Source of the DNA: a virus
Taxonomy: Duplodnaviria; Caudoviricetes
Strand: one strand, 5' to 3'
IMG/VR virus record: IMGVR_UViG_3300032295_004079
Location: 32,001 to 96,000 of that record
DNA: 64,000 nucleotides
Shown piece by piece: positions 55,663 to 64,000 of this stretch. Below the pieces are notes generated by a model. The model saw nothing but the letters and a program-made list of their open reading frames with translations. It made no database searches and was not told the DNA's origin. The number at the start of each line of letters is the position of its first letter. The stretch's first letter is position 1. The translations under genes and the position numbers were made by a program.

Positions 55663-55967
55663 TGGGAGAAAAGAGAGGTAATACCGGAAAATTAGAAAAC
55701 CCGTACAACGATAATGGTGTTCTAGAAGTATACCACGAAGAAATAGAACAGTGGATTAGAGTAACTTCTCGAGAATTTAGATCTTGGGGAGGAAAAAGAA
55801 GAATAACAGAGTACAGGTATCCCTATAGACAACCTACAGAGATAAGTATGTATGAATATACGGGTCCCGTATTTGAATATCTTACAAATAAAATTATAAA
55901 TAAACCAAGTAAAGGAGTAAACGGATCTCGTCCTAAATCTCAATCTACATACAGTGAAAGAATTTGA
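55662..55967 (+). CDS. Hypothetical protein
   Basis: 101 aa; RVTSREFRSWGG motif. Confidence 0.6.
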   Translation: MGEKRGNTGKLENPYNDNGVLEVYHEEIEQWIRVTSREFRSWGGKRRITEYRYPYRQPTEISMYEYTGPVFEYLTNKIINKPSKGVNGSRPKSQSTYSERI

Positions 55968-56211
55968 TATTATGAAAGGTGAAATTGAAGTAAGCAAAAG
56001 AAAAGCTGCATTTGCTGAACTAAAAGATTGGTGTATAATGTCTGTTACTTCTAAAGAAAAAAACAATACTGATTTTTTGGAGGTAACTGAATGGACAAAT
56101 GGAGAAGGATATGATATTCACATCTCAGATAGTTCAGGAGAAAGAAAATTTGATTTAACCTGGGGTCAATTTAAAGCGCTTAAAGCATGTATAAAAAAAA
56201 TAGATAAATAA
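55954..56211 (+). CDS. Hypothetical protein
   Basis: EVTEWTNGEGYDI motif. Confidence 0.6.
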   Translation: MKEFDIMKGEIEVSKRKAAFAELKDWCIMSVTSKEKNNTDFLEVTEWTNGEGYDIHISDSSGERKFDLTWGQFKALKACIKKIDK

Positions 56212-56333
56212 AATGGAAATCAGAACATTAGAATCAGACACACGAATGCGATTTTTCTTGGGGAATAATCCTCTGGGAGAAATGGTAAAAATTGTATCAA
56301 AAGAGTGTAAAAGAATTGAAAAAAAGAAGGGTT

Positions 56334-57014
56334 ATGGAAAACAAATTCAAAACAAAGGATAATAGACCTTTGAGTCAAAAAGTAGGATATTTTTTAGAAG
56401 GACTACTATTTTGGAGAGGTAGACCTAAAGGAATGATTTATACTAGAGATATAGACTGGGATGATATTCGTGGAATATTTTTTCCAGATGGTTTTGAAGA
56501 AAAGTATGGCTACTTAGGATCTGTTCCTTATAATGAAGATAGTGAGGTATTTAAAGCTATGTATCCACTTATTTTGGCTATGGATTATGAAGCTAGACCC
56601 AAATGGTGTCCAAGATGGTTTTTGAGATTTTTACATTTGTTTGGTAACGATAAATCAATTGTTAGAGTTAGAAACTTTACCTTACATAATCTATTTAGAA
56701 AACTTACAAAAGGTATTATGATTTGGGATTACAAAACCAAATGGGAATGGTATGATTTGAGAATATCTATTTCTGCTCCTAAACATTTACAGGATTTAGC
56801 AGATGCTATTGAAAAGGATTTCTATTCTAGAGGTAGACAAGAAGAAATAGTAGACCAAATCAAAAAACTAGATCCTAAAGCTAAGATTATGATGGGAAGT
56901 GTTGATTTGCTTGTTAAACAATATAATGAACTTGTAAGTAAGAAATCAGAGCAGAAAAAATCTCTCAAAAAAATAATGAAAGAAGATGAAGACCTGGGTC
57001 TATATGATAATTAA
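56334..57014 (+). CDS. Hypothetical protein
   Basis: Long ORF; GGTTATG start. Confidence 0.65.
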   Translation: MENKFKTKDNRPLSQKVGYFLEGLLFWRGRPKGMIYTRDIDWDDIRGIFFPDGFEEKYGYLGSVPYNEDSEVFKAMYPLILAMDYEARPKWCPRWFLRFLHLFGNDKSIVRVRNFTLHNLFRKLTKGIMIWDYKTKWEWYDLRISISAPKHLQDLADAIEKDFYSRGRQEEIVDQIKKLDPKAKIMMGSVDLLVKQYNELVSKKSEQKKSLKKIMKEDEDLGLYDN

Positions 57015-57123
57015 AGTTCTGGTATTACTATTAGTGTTGATCGCGTAATAATCTTATAATATGTGTTTAAATGGTTCAAATAATTGCTTAGGTAGTTATA
57101 AGTGAACTAACTTAAACACATTT

Positions 57124-59598
57124 ATGAGATTATTTTTTTTATTTTTGTTATTCCCAATTTTAACATTTGGTCAAGTAACAATAAAAGGTAAAACTAAGTC
57201 AAAATCCGAAGACATCTATTTTGCCCACGTAACTTTCAAAGATATAAATGGTAATACATTTACTACTATATCAAACGAAAATGCAGATTACCAAATCCAA
57301 CTCAAAGCAGGTACCTACCAAGTAAAAGCAACTTATATTGGTTACGGTGATTACGTAACAGATATAAATCTAACTTCAGATACAACATTTGATGTAATAT
57401 TTGAAGAAAGTAGTACTGAGTTATCAGAAGTTACTGTACAAGCAATAGCTCAAAAAACAACTGAAATTTTAGTTGTGAAAACAATACGAGACAATAGTGT
57501 TGTATCAGACGGAATATCAACTGAATTTATTAAAAAAACACCTGATAGAAATGCAGGGGATGCTCTAAAAAGAGTAAGTGGCGTAACAATCCAAAACGAT
57601 AAATTTGTTCTAGTAAGAGGATTAGCAGACCGCTACAATTCAGCTATACTTAATAAAACTTTATTACCATCAACCGAACCCGACAGAAGAGCATTTTCAT
57701 TTGATATAATTCCTACCTCACTAATAGATAACATTATAGTTTCTAAATCATCAGCAGCTAATTTACCAGGTGATTGGAGTGGGGGATTAGTTCAAATCAC
57801 AACCAAAGAAGTATCAGACAATTTCTTTAATATATCTTTGGGGAGTGGATGGGGTTCAGTTTCAACTTTTAGAGATTTTAAGTTAGTTCAAGCTACTAAA
57901 TTCCCATCCCTCTTCCCATCTACCTACAAATATAGAATTAGTGGAAATGGGGATAAAAGGGCGTATACAAAACTAATTGGTAATCCAAAAGAAACAAATT
58001 TAAGTACGATACCTAATCTAAATGGGGGAATATCTTTCGGATATAATAAAAACAAATTTAGTGCTTTATACAGCTCCACAACTCGGAATACATATATCCT
58101 AAACTACATTGACCGAAAAGATTACCAATCATCAACCGAATTAGCTTATGATTATAAAGATGTTTTGTATGCACAACGCTTTTCTACAAATAATTTATTT
58201 AACTTAACTTATTTAGGTCAAAACAAATATAGTTGGAAAACATTAGTAAATTATCAAGCAGAAAACACTTATTTAACAAGAGAGGGAGACAATTTTGATA
58301 ACGTACAAAACGTTTTAAGTACTGCCTCAAACCACATTAACAATGTTGTAGTTAATTCTCAATTAGATGGAAAGATTAGAACGTGGGATTTTAATTTAGG
58401 CTACAATTTTATATTCAGAGAACAACCAGATTATAGAATAAATCCAATTACTAAATCCCTGGGTGTAAATGAGCCTTATCAAACGGCTTGGAGAGATACG
58501 TATCGGTTTTGGAGCGCAATGGAGGAAAATAGTCTTAGTGGCAATGTAAATAAAGAGTTGGGTAAGATAAAAGTAGGGGGTGGTTATTTGAAAAAGATTA
58601 GAGGGTTTAATGCAAGAGTATTTCGTTATCAGTCTGTAGACATTATGGATGAAATAACAAATAATACCGATAGATACACTGCGGATTTTGATTTGGCTAA
58701 CTTGTACACCATGTATGAGAATGATTGGGGGAAATGGAAAATTAACACGGGTCTACGTGGAGAATACAATTTATTTAATGTAGCAACAGCAGATTTTAGT
58801 GGTTCTAAAGTAAATGTAAATAGAGAGTATTTAGATGTGCTTCCTTCACTTAACTTGTCGTATAATGAGGAGAAAACAAAATATAGATTTTCTTTGAGTA
58901 AAACTTTGGCAAGACCTGAATTTAGAGAAGTAGCTAATTTTGCTTATTATGATTTTGTAAGAAATGCTCAAATATTGGGAAATTCTAATTTAGAAAAATC
59001 AGATGTGTACAATTTGGATTTAAAATATGAATTTTATCCAACAATTGGAGAAAATATTTCATTTTCGGTATTTGGTAAGAATTTTATTAGACCAATAGAG
59101 CAAGTTGTAGCAGATGGTTCAGTTCCTTCGAATTTGTTGTTAACTTATACAAACCCTGAATCAGCTGTTTTGTATGGTACAGAATTGGAAATTAGAAAGA
59201 AAATAGTGGAATGGATTGATGTTTACAGTAACATTTCAGTAATGAATTCTGAAGTTAATGTGAATGGGGAAAAGAGACAATTGCAAGGACAATCTAATTA
59301 TGTAGTAAATACTGGAATAAACATAAATAAAAAGAATGAAACGCTTAATATAACTTACAATAGAGTAGGAGATAGAATATCGGCTGTTGGATTTCAAGGT
59401 TATCCTGATATTTTTGAAAATAGCAGAGATGTATTGGATATTACATTCTTACATAAGTTAAAGAATGGAGAAGTAAAATTAGCAATAGGAGATATATTTG
59501 CTCAACCATCAGTTTATTACCAAAAAGCACAAAATAGAAATTTAATTAGAACAAATAACGAACAAACTATTTCATTAACCTTAAACTTAAACTTATGA
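57124..59598 (+). CDS. TonB-dependent outer-membrane receptor with N-terminal carboxypeptidase-regulatory-like domain
   Basis: Signal peptide TFG|Q; LSEVTV; plug motifs ALKRVSGV, VRGLADRYN, FDIIP; barrel motifs SKTLARPEFRE and NLDLKYEFY; C-terminal ISLTLNLNL. Confidence 0.92.
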   Translation: MRLFFLFLLFPILTFGQVTIKGKTKSKSEDIYFAHVTFKDINGNTFTTISNENADYQIQLKAGTYQVKATYIGYGDYVTDINLTSDTTFDVIFEESSTELSEVTVQAIAQKTTEILVVKTIRDNSVVSDGISTEFIKKTPDRNAGDALKRVSGVTIQNDKFVLVRGLADRYNSAILNKTLLPSTEPDRRAFSFDIIPTSLIDNIIVSKSSAANLPGDWSGGLVQITTKEVSDNFFNISLGSGWGSVSTFRDFKLVQATKFPSLFPSTYKYRISGNGDKRAYTKLIGNPKETNLSTIPNLNGGISFGYNKNKFSALYSSTTRNTYILNYIDRKDYQSSTELAYDYKDVLYAQRFSTNNLFNLTYLGQNKYSWKTLVNYQAENTYLTREGDNFDNVQNVLSTASNHINNVVVNSQLDGKIRTWDFNLGYNFIFREQPDYRINPITKSLGVNEPYQTAWRDTYRFWSAMEENSLSGNVNKELGKIKVGGGYLKKIRGFNARVFRYQSVDIMDEITNNTDRYTADFDLANLYTMYENDWGKWKINTGLRGEYNLFNVATADFSGSKVNVNREYLDVLPSLNLSYNEEKTKYRFSLSKTLARPEFREVANFAYYDFVRNAQILGNSNLEKSDVYNLDLKYEFYPTIGENISFSVFGKNFIRPIEQVVADGSVPSNLLLTYTNPESAVLYGTELEIRKKIVEWIDVYSNISVMNSEVNVNGEKRQLQGQSNYVVNTGININKKNETLNITYNRVGDRISAVGFQGYPDIFENSRDVLDITFLHKLKNGEVKLAIGDIFAQPSVYYQKAQNRNLIRTNNEQTISLTLNLNL

Positions 59599-60791
59599 AA
59601 AAACTATTATTAATTATCTTAGCATTTGGAGTATTCAGCTGTGAAACTGAATTAGGGGGAGAAGATGGTGTTATTGGGGTTCCAACTACAACAACACTTT
59701 CGGGTAATATCAACACAACTACAACTTTAACTTCTGATAAAGTTTGGACACTAAAAGGATATGTTTACGTAACAGATGGAGCAAAGTTAATTATTCAACC
59801 TGGAACTGTAATAGTTTCTGATATAGCTGAAAAAGGAGCATTGTGTATTGAAAGAGGAGCACAAATCATAGCAGAGGGAACAGCTACTAAACCAATTGTG
59901 TTTACTTCAGGTAAGCCTGCTGGAGAGCGAGCACCTGGTGATTGGGGAGGTATTATTATATTAGGAAGAGCAAAGACTAATCGTTCTTCTGAACCTACTA
60001 TTGAAGGTGGAATAGGTAGAGCTTTTGGTGGAACAAATGATGCTGATAATAGTGGTGTATTAAAGTATGTACGAATTGAATATGCTGGAATTGCTGCTAT
60101 GCCAAACTCTGAAATTAATGCCTTAACATTAGGAGGTGTTGGAAATGGAACAGTAATTGAAAATGTTCAAACTGTATATGCTAATGACGATGCGTTTGAA
60201 TTTTTTGGCGGAACAGTAAATGCTAAAAATTTATATGCTTATGCTACAGCAGATGATGATTTTGATTTTGATTTTGGCTATACAGGAACTATTACTAATG
60301 GGGTAGCTAAAAGAGACCCTCAATTTGTAGATAGTGGAGATGCAGGCAATGGAGTTGAATGTGATAATGATGGAACAGGTTCTTCTGCTCAACCAACAAC
60401 TCATCCTAAGTTGCTTAATATGATTTTAGTTGGTCCTAACGTATCTTCTGCTTTAGCTAACCACAATTTAGGATTAAGATTTAGAAGAGCAACTCAATTT
60501 ACAATGAAAAATAGTGTTGTATGGGGTTGGATGAAAGGTGGATTAAGTTTAGAAAGTAATGAAACAGCTCAATTTGTAAAAGATGGAGTTTCAGTATTTG
60601 AAAACAATTCAGTAGGAACATTTAATCCATCTCTAAATTTTATCAGCAGAGCAACTACAATTTTAACAAATGATCAGCTTAAAACACTAGCTTTAAGCAA
60701 AAACAACAAAGAAGTAAATGTAGTAATACCTGAATTGGATAAACCAATTTGGATAAATGGGTGGACGAGATTTCCATCAAAAGGAAATTAA
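59595..60791 (+). CDS. Lipoprotein with parallel beta-helix repeats (partner of the TonB-dependent receptor)
   Basis: Lipobox VFSC; GDWGGIIILGRA, DNSGVLKYVRIEYAG, DDAFEFFGG, DDDFDFDFG. Confidence 0.8.
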   Translation: MKKLLLIILAFGVFSCETELGGEDGVIGVPTTTTLSGNINTTTTLTSDKVWTLKGYVYVTDGAKLIIQPGTVIVSDIAEKGALCIERGAQIIAEGTATKPIVFTSGKPAGERAPGDWGGIIILGRAKTNRSSEPTIEGGIGRAFGGTNDADNSGVLKYVRIEYAGIAAMPNSEINALTLGGVGNGTVIENVQTVYANDDAFEFFGGTVNAKNLYAYATADDDFDFDFGYTGTITNGVAKRDPQFVDSGDAGNGVECDNDGTGSSAQPTTHPKLLNMILVGPNVSSALANHNLGLRFRRATQFTMKNSVVWGWMKGGLSLESNETAQFVKDGVSVFENNSVGTFNPSLNFISRATTILTNDQLKTLALSKNNKEVNVVIPELDKPIWINGWTRFPSKGN

Positions 60792-60796
60792 ATAAA

Positions 60797-60820
60797 GAGG
60801 AGCTATTTAGCTCCTTTTTT
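60797..60820 (+). terminator. Intrinsic terminator
   Basis: GGAGCT-ATTT-AGCTCC followed by TTTTTT. Confidence 0.75.
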
Positions 60821-60822
60821 AT

Positions 60823-60853
60823 TTGGAAAACTGGAGAAGGGATCGTATATTTA
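60823..60853 (+). promoter_or_regulatory. Promoter TTGG-N19-TAtaTTTA upstream of thyA
   Basis: TTGG 60823-26, TATATTTA 60846-53. Confidence 0.7.
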
Positions 60854-60872
60854 CAACTGTAAATAAAATTAT

Positions 60873-61844
60873 ATGCACAATATAGACGAAGAATACAGAC
60901 AACTCCTAATGGATATTCTAATTAATGGAGTTAAAAAAGAAGACAGAACCGGAACCGGTACACAATCAGTATTTGGTAGACAGATTCGTCATTCAATGAG
61001 TGAAGGATTTCCTTTACTTACAACCAAGAAAATGGCTTGGAAATCTATAGTAACAGAATTGCTTTGGTTTCTTAGAGGTGATTCTGATATTAGATTTCTG
61101 TGGGAAAGCAACTGTACAATTTGGGACGGTGATTGGTATAAGCGGTATAAAACTACTTGTTCTGAACCATACACATTAGAAGAGGTTAAACAGAAAGTAA
61201 AAGAAGGTGGCCATTATTTCCACGATTCAATGTTTGATATGGGACCAATCTACGGTAAGCAATGGAGACAGTGGAATTACCAAAGTAAGAAGAACCATTA
61301 TGTTATGGCAGGTCAACCTACTCATTATAGTATTAATATTGACCAAATTATAAATCTAATCTCTGAACTTAAATCAAATCCTGATAGTAGAAGATTAATG
61401 GTATCAGCTTGGAATGTAGGTGAACTAGATAAAATGGTTCTTCCTCCTTGCCATTATGGATTCCAAGTTTATACACAAGAAAGAGAAGGTAAACGATATA
61501 TTTCTTTAATGTGGAATCAACGTTCAGTAGATACATTCTTGGGATTACCGTTTAATATTGCTTCCTATGCTTTGCTATTAGAGATTATAGCTAAAGAAGT
61601 AAATATGATACCTGATGAAATAATTGGGAATTTAGGAGATGTTCACTTATATTTAGATCATATTGAACAAGCAAAAGAACAAATTAGTAGAAAACCATTT
61701 GAATTACCTAAATTAAAAATGAATCCTATATTCTTAGCTAATTTGGAACATAAATCATTTGATGAAGCTATTAATGGAGTAGTTAGTTTTGAATTAGAAA
61801 ATTATCAATCACACCCTGCTATTAAAGCACCTTTATCTAACTAA
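60873..61844 (+). CDS. thyA: Thymidylate synthase
   Basis: DRTGTGT, FPLLTTKK, ELLWFLRG, LPPCH, QRSVDTFLGLPFN. Confidence 0.97.
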   Translation: MHNIDEEYRQLLMDILINGVKKEDRTGTGTQSVFGRQIRHSMSEGFPLLTTKKMAWKSIVTELLWFLRGDSDIRFLWESNCTIWDGDWYKRYKTTCSEPYTLEEVKQKVKEGGHYFHDSMFDMGPIYGKQWRQWNYQSKKNHYVMAGQPTHYSINIDQIINLISELKSNPDSRRLMVSAWNVGELDKMVLPPCHYGFQVYTQEREGKRYISLMWNQRSVDTFLGLPFNIASYALLLEIIAKEVNMIPDEIIGNLGDVHLYLDHIEQAKEQISRKPFELPKLKMNPIFLANLEHKSFDEAINGVVSFELENYQSHPAIKAPLSN

Positions 61845-61847
61845 GTT

Positions 61848-62144
61848 ATGACATACGAAAATTTTGCAAGTATAGTAGAAACATTACAAAAACAAAGTGA
61901 TTTAGTAAATGATTTATACTCTAAGAAGGTAGACTTAATTGATTTTGCAGATCCTTATGACGGTATCATTCGTATTTTACTAACAGAAGTTTATACTGCA
62001 GAAGGTTACGATTGGTTTTCTTGGTTCTGTTATGAAAATGATTTTGGAACAGGAAGATTGGATGCTAATGATGAAAATGGACCTATCTGCTATGATGTAA
62101 AATCTCTTTGGGAGTTTTTGGAAACTAATTACAATAAATCATGA
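61848..62144 (+). CDS. Hypothetical protein
   Basis: DWFSWFCYENDFG motif. Confidence 0.6.
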   Translation: MTYENFASIVETLQKQSDLVNDLYSKKVDLIDFADPYDGIIRILLTEVYTAEGYDWFSWFCYENDFGTGRLDANDENGPICYDVKSLWEFLETNYNKS

Positions 62145-62680
62145 GAAAATTCTTAATTTTACTAACCCTACTTACTTTTATTACAGGTACTATAGGTGTC
62201 TCTAAATCTGCAGAAGATAATCTTAGACTTCTAATAGAAGAATATGAGGGCATAAAGTTAAAGGCTTATAGATGTCCTAAAGGAGTACCTACTATAGGAA
62301 TTGGATCTACAAGATATGAGGATGGTAGTAAGGTTAAATTGGGGGATGAAATATCTCTTGAATATGCTGAAGTGTTATATGAAAGAGAAGTAGATAAGGT
62401 AAGAAAGGAAGTTGATCAGTTAGTTATCCCTAATCTAAATAAGAACCAAGAAGATGCTTTAGTTAGTTTTGCTTACAATGTAGGTATTAATGCTTTTAAA
62501 TCTTCAACTTTATTAGAAAAAGTAAATAAAGATCCAAGAAGCAATTCTATAAAAAGAGAATTTATGAAATGGACAACTTCAGGAGGTAGAAGACTTAAAG
62601 GACTTGTTAAAAGAAGAAAAGCAGAAGTTGATTTATATTTCTTAAAAACACCAAACTATGCAAATAGTTCTAACTCTTAA
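62141..62680 (+). CDS. Lysozyme, GH24 family, with N-terminal signal/anchor
   Basis: EG...AYRCPKGVPTIGIGST, ALVSFAYNVG, GLVKRRKAE; hydrophobic N-terminus. Confidence 0.9.
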   Translation: MRKFLILLTLLTFITGTIGVSKSAEDNLRLLIEEYEGIKLKAYRCPKGVPTIGIGSTRYEDGSKVKLGDEISLEYAEVLYEREVDKVRKEVDQLVIPNLNKNQEDALVSFAYNVGINAFKSSTLLEKVNKDPRSNSIKREFMKWTTSGGRRLKGLVKRRKAEVDLYFLKTPNYANSSNS

Positions 62681-62894
62681 TAAAGATATTGCTCCACATA
62701 TAGCAGATTTGATACTTGATGGAAAACTTGAGGGAGGTTATTCAATCGACTACGCTTTAAATGCACTTGTATCATTTCTAAATGGAAGAGAAATTATTAT
62801 TTACAATTTCACAAAATATTTTTGGTTGGACAATAGATGGAGTGGATATAAGATTGATAATTATGGAACAAAAATAGTAATAAATTTTATTTAA
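62658..62894 (+). CDS. Hypothetical protein
   Basis: 78-aa ORF. Confidence 0.5.
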   Translation: MQIVLTLNKDIAPHIADLILDGKLEGGYSIDYALNALVSFLNGREIIIYNFTKYFWLDNRWSGYKIDNYGTKIVINFI

Positions 62895-62897
62895 TAA

Positions 62898-63134
62898 ATG
62901 CTACACTTAGAAGAAAAAGTAAAAGATCAAATTTACAATATAATTTTAAAATCAAACGGTATTATAGTAGGTGAATTTGTTAAAGTAGATGGGTTCTATT
63001 ATTTCGCTGAAAATGATAGTAGAACTTGGGGATTATGGTCACAGGAGTTTTTAAAGAGTTTGGTATCTGAATTAGAATTACTAAACAAAGAAGTAAATGA
63101 TGCCATAAAAGCAGATTACATAAATTTTCAATAA
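62898..63134 (+). CDS. Hypothetical protein
   Basis: VDGFYYF motif; 78 aa. Confidence 0.55.
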   Translation: MLHLEEKVKDQIYNIILKSNGIIVGEFVKVDGFYYFAENDSRTWGLWSQEFLKSLVSELELLNKEVNDAIKADYINFQ

Positions 63135-63173
63135 ATAATTGCAAGATTTTCAATAAGCACGCGAACTGCTTAG

Positions 63174-63240
63174 CGAAAGTTCCTCGCCGAAAGCTTGGCT
63201 TTCGGCTTTTTTGTTCGTAGATTTACATTGTTGATTTAAA
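63174..63240 (+). promoter_or_regulatory. Repeated promoter cassette with hairpin (TTGG-N19-TAgaTTTA)
   Basis: GCCGAAAGC-TTG-GCTTTCGGC followed by a T-run; TTGG 63195-98, TAGATTTA 63218-25. Confidence 0.75.
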
Positions 63241-63248
63241 CAAAAATA

Positions 63249-63443
63249 ATGGTTATGAAAAAATTAGATGAATTAGTAGCAGATAAGAATTATATACATG
63301 TTAGTTACTATGGTAACATTAGAACTACATTTAGATATATAGGTAAAACAGATTCAAAAAGACACGCCATCGTTATATTAGATGGTAAAGAAGAAGGAGT
63401 TAAATCATTCCTTATTCCAACAGATCAAATTATTGAATATTAA
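63249..63443 (+). CDS. Hypothetical protein
   Basis: ORF after a promoter. Confidence 0.55.
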   Translation: MVMKKLDELVADKNYIHVSYYGNIRTTFRYIGKTDSKRHAIVILDGKEEGVKSFLIPTDQIIEY

Positions 63444-63461
63444 TATAAAAAAATAAAGGTT

Positions 63462-63746
63462 ATGAACAAAACTGAAATTAAAAGACAAATCAATTATCGA
63501 TTCTATCAGTACGTAAATAATAATTTCCCGGAATATGAAATTGATGGTGGAGAAGGAAATGGAAGAATATATTTGGTACCAAAAGAAGGTGATAGTAGAA
63601 ATGATAATTCAATTGAATATCACCAATCCAGACATGATTTAGTTTGCCTTAATTATGCGTCTAAAAAAACACATGAAGACGTAGCTAAAATGCAATCTTA
63701 TGTCTCAAATAATATTATTCCATTCATAAACTTATGTCTCAAATAA
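63462..63746 (+). CDS. Hypothetical protein
   Basis: 94 aa; AAGGTTATG start. Confidence 0.55.
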   Translation: MNKTEIKRQINYRFYQYVNNNFPEYEIDGGEGNGRIYLVPKEGDSRNDNSIEYHQSRHDLVCLNYASKKTHEDVAKMQSYVSNNIIPFINLCLK

Positions 63747-63752
63747 TATTAT
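63697..63752 (+). repeat. 22-bp direct repeat
   Basis: CTTATGTCTCAAATAATATTAT at 63697-63718 and 63731-63752. Confidence 0.9.
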
Positions 63753-63990
63753 GACACCTAAAGAAAAAGCAGAAGAGTTGGTACATAAGTTTAAAAAGTA
63801 TTCTTATTATCCAAAAACAAATAATGATATGTTATTTGTAAATGAACTTAATAATAATGCCAAACAATGTGCATTGATAGCAGCAGATGAAATATTAAGT
63901 GATTATAAAAATTATTTGTTGCATGAAAATACAGAATATAAGGGTTTAATGTATTGGAAACAAGTTAAACAAGAAATCGAAAAACTATGA
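63751..63990 (+). CDS. Hypothetical phage protein (MTPKEKA...YWKQVKQEI type)
   Basis: MTPKEKAEELV, AKQCALIAADEI, YWKQVKQEIEKL. Confidence 0.65.
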   Translation: MTPKEKAEELVHKFKKYSYYPKTNNDMLFVNELNNNAKQCALIAADEILSDYKNYLLHENTEYKGLMYWKQVKQEIEKL

Positions 63991-64000
63991 CACAACAAAC

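Noticed and set aside
509-61174. All minus-strand ORFs in the track
   Set aside because: They lie antisense to well-supported + strand genes or RNAs, have no recognisable motifs, and look like shadow ORFs.
1-64000. Alternative genetic code (stop-codon reassignment as in some large phages)
   Set aside because: Core genes are intact in the standard code, TAG/TGA act as normal stops with coupled downstream starts, and no suppressor tRNA is present.

Overview
A 64-kb, AT-rich segment of a large lytic dsDNA phage genome, with essentially all credible genes on the + strand. The host is most likely Bacteroidota. Support for this: Bacteroidota-like -33/-7 promoters, no Shine-Dalgarno sequences, signal peptides followed by Gln, a DUF4494-like protein, a tmRNA tag of the GE...YAxAA type and a TonB-dependent receptor. 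Gene order: (1) class I ribonucleotide reductase nrdB/nrdA; (2) an 8.6-kb operon of exported, lipo- and outer-membrane proteins (two CsgG-like proteins, two paralogous cohesin/dockerin-like proteins, one with a C-type lectin, two lipoproteins made only of a T9SS-CTD-like domain, an exported nuclease and a Ser-rich beta-barrel protein); (3) a lysis cassette (GH19 endolysin, holins); (4) a TGT/DpdA-like gene plus queC, queD, queE and folE (preQ0 synthesis), a PRTase and a MazG-like hydrolase; (5) an RNA island with 6 ordinary tRNAs, a 155-nt tRNA-Asp-like RNA with an ~80-nt structured variable arm, two unexplained structured RNAs and a tmRNA with a 24-aa tag; (6) a T4-like replisome (split PolB, sliding clamp, clamp loader), Hsp20 flanked by a 24-bp inverted repeat, and GroES/GroEL; (7) a ~17-kb glycosyltransferase/nucleotide-sugar cluster including an aldolase-SDR-DHQS-like-ThDP module; (8) small genes behind repeated promoters, a TonB-dependent receptor plus beta-helix lipoprotein pair, thyA and a GH24 lysozyme. 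All protein calls come from motif recognition by eye; no database searches were run.
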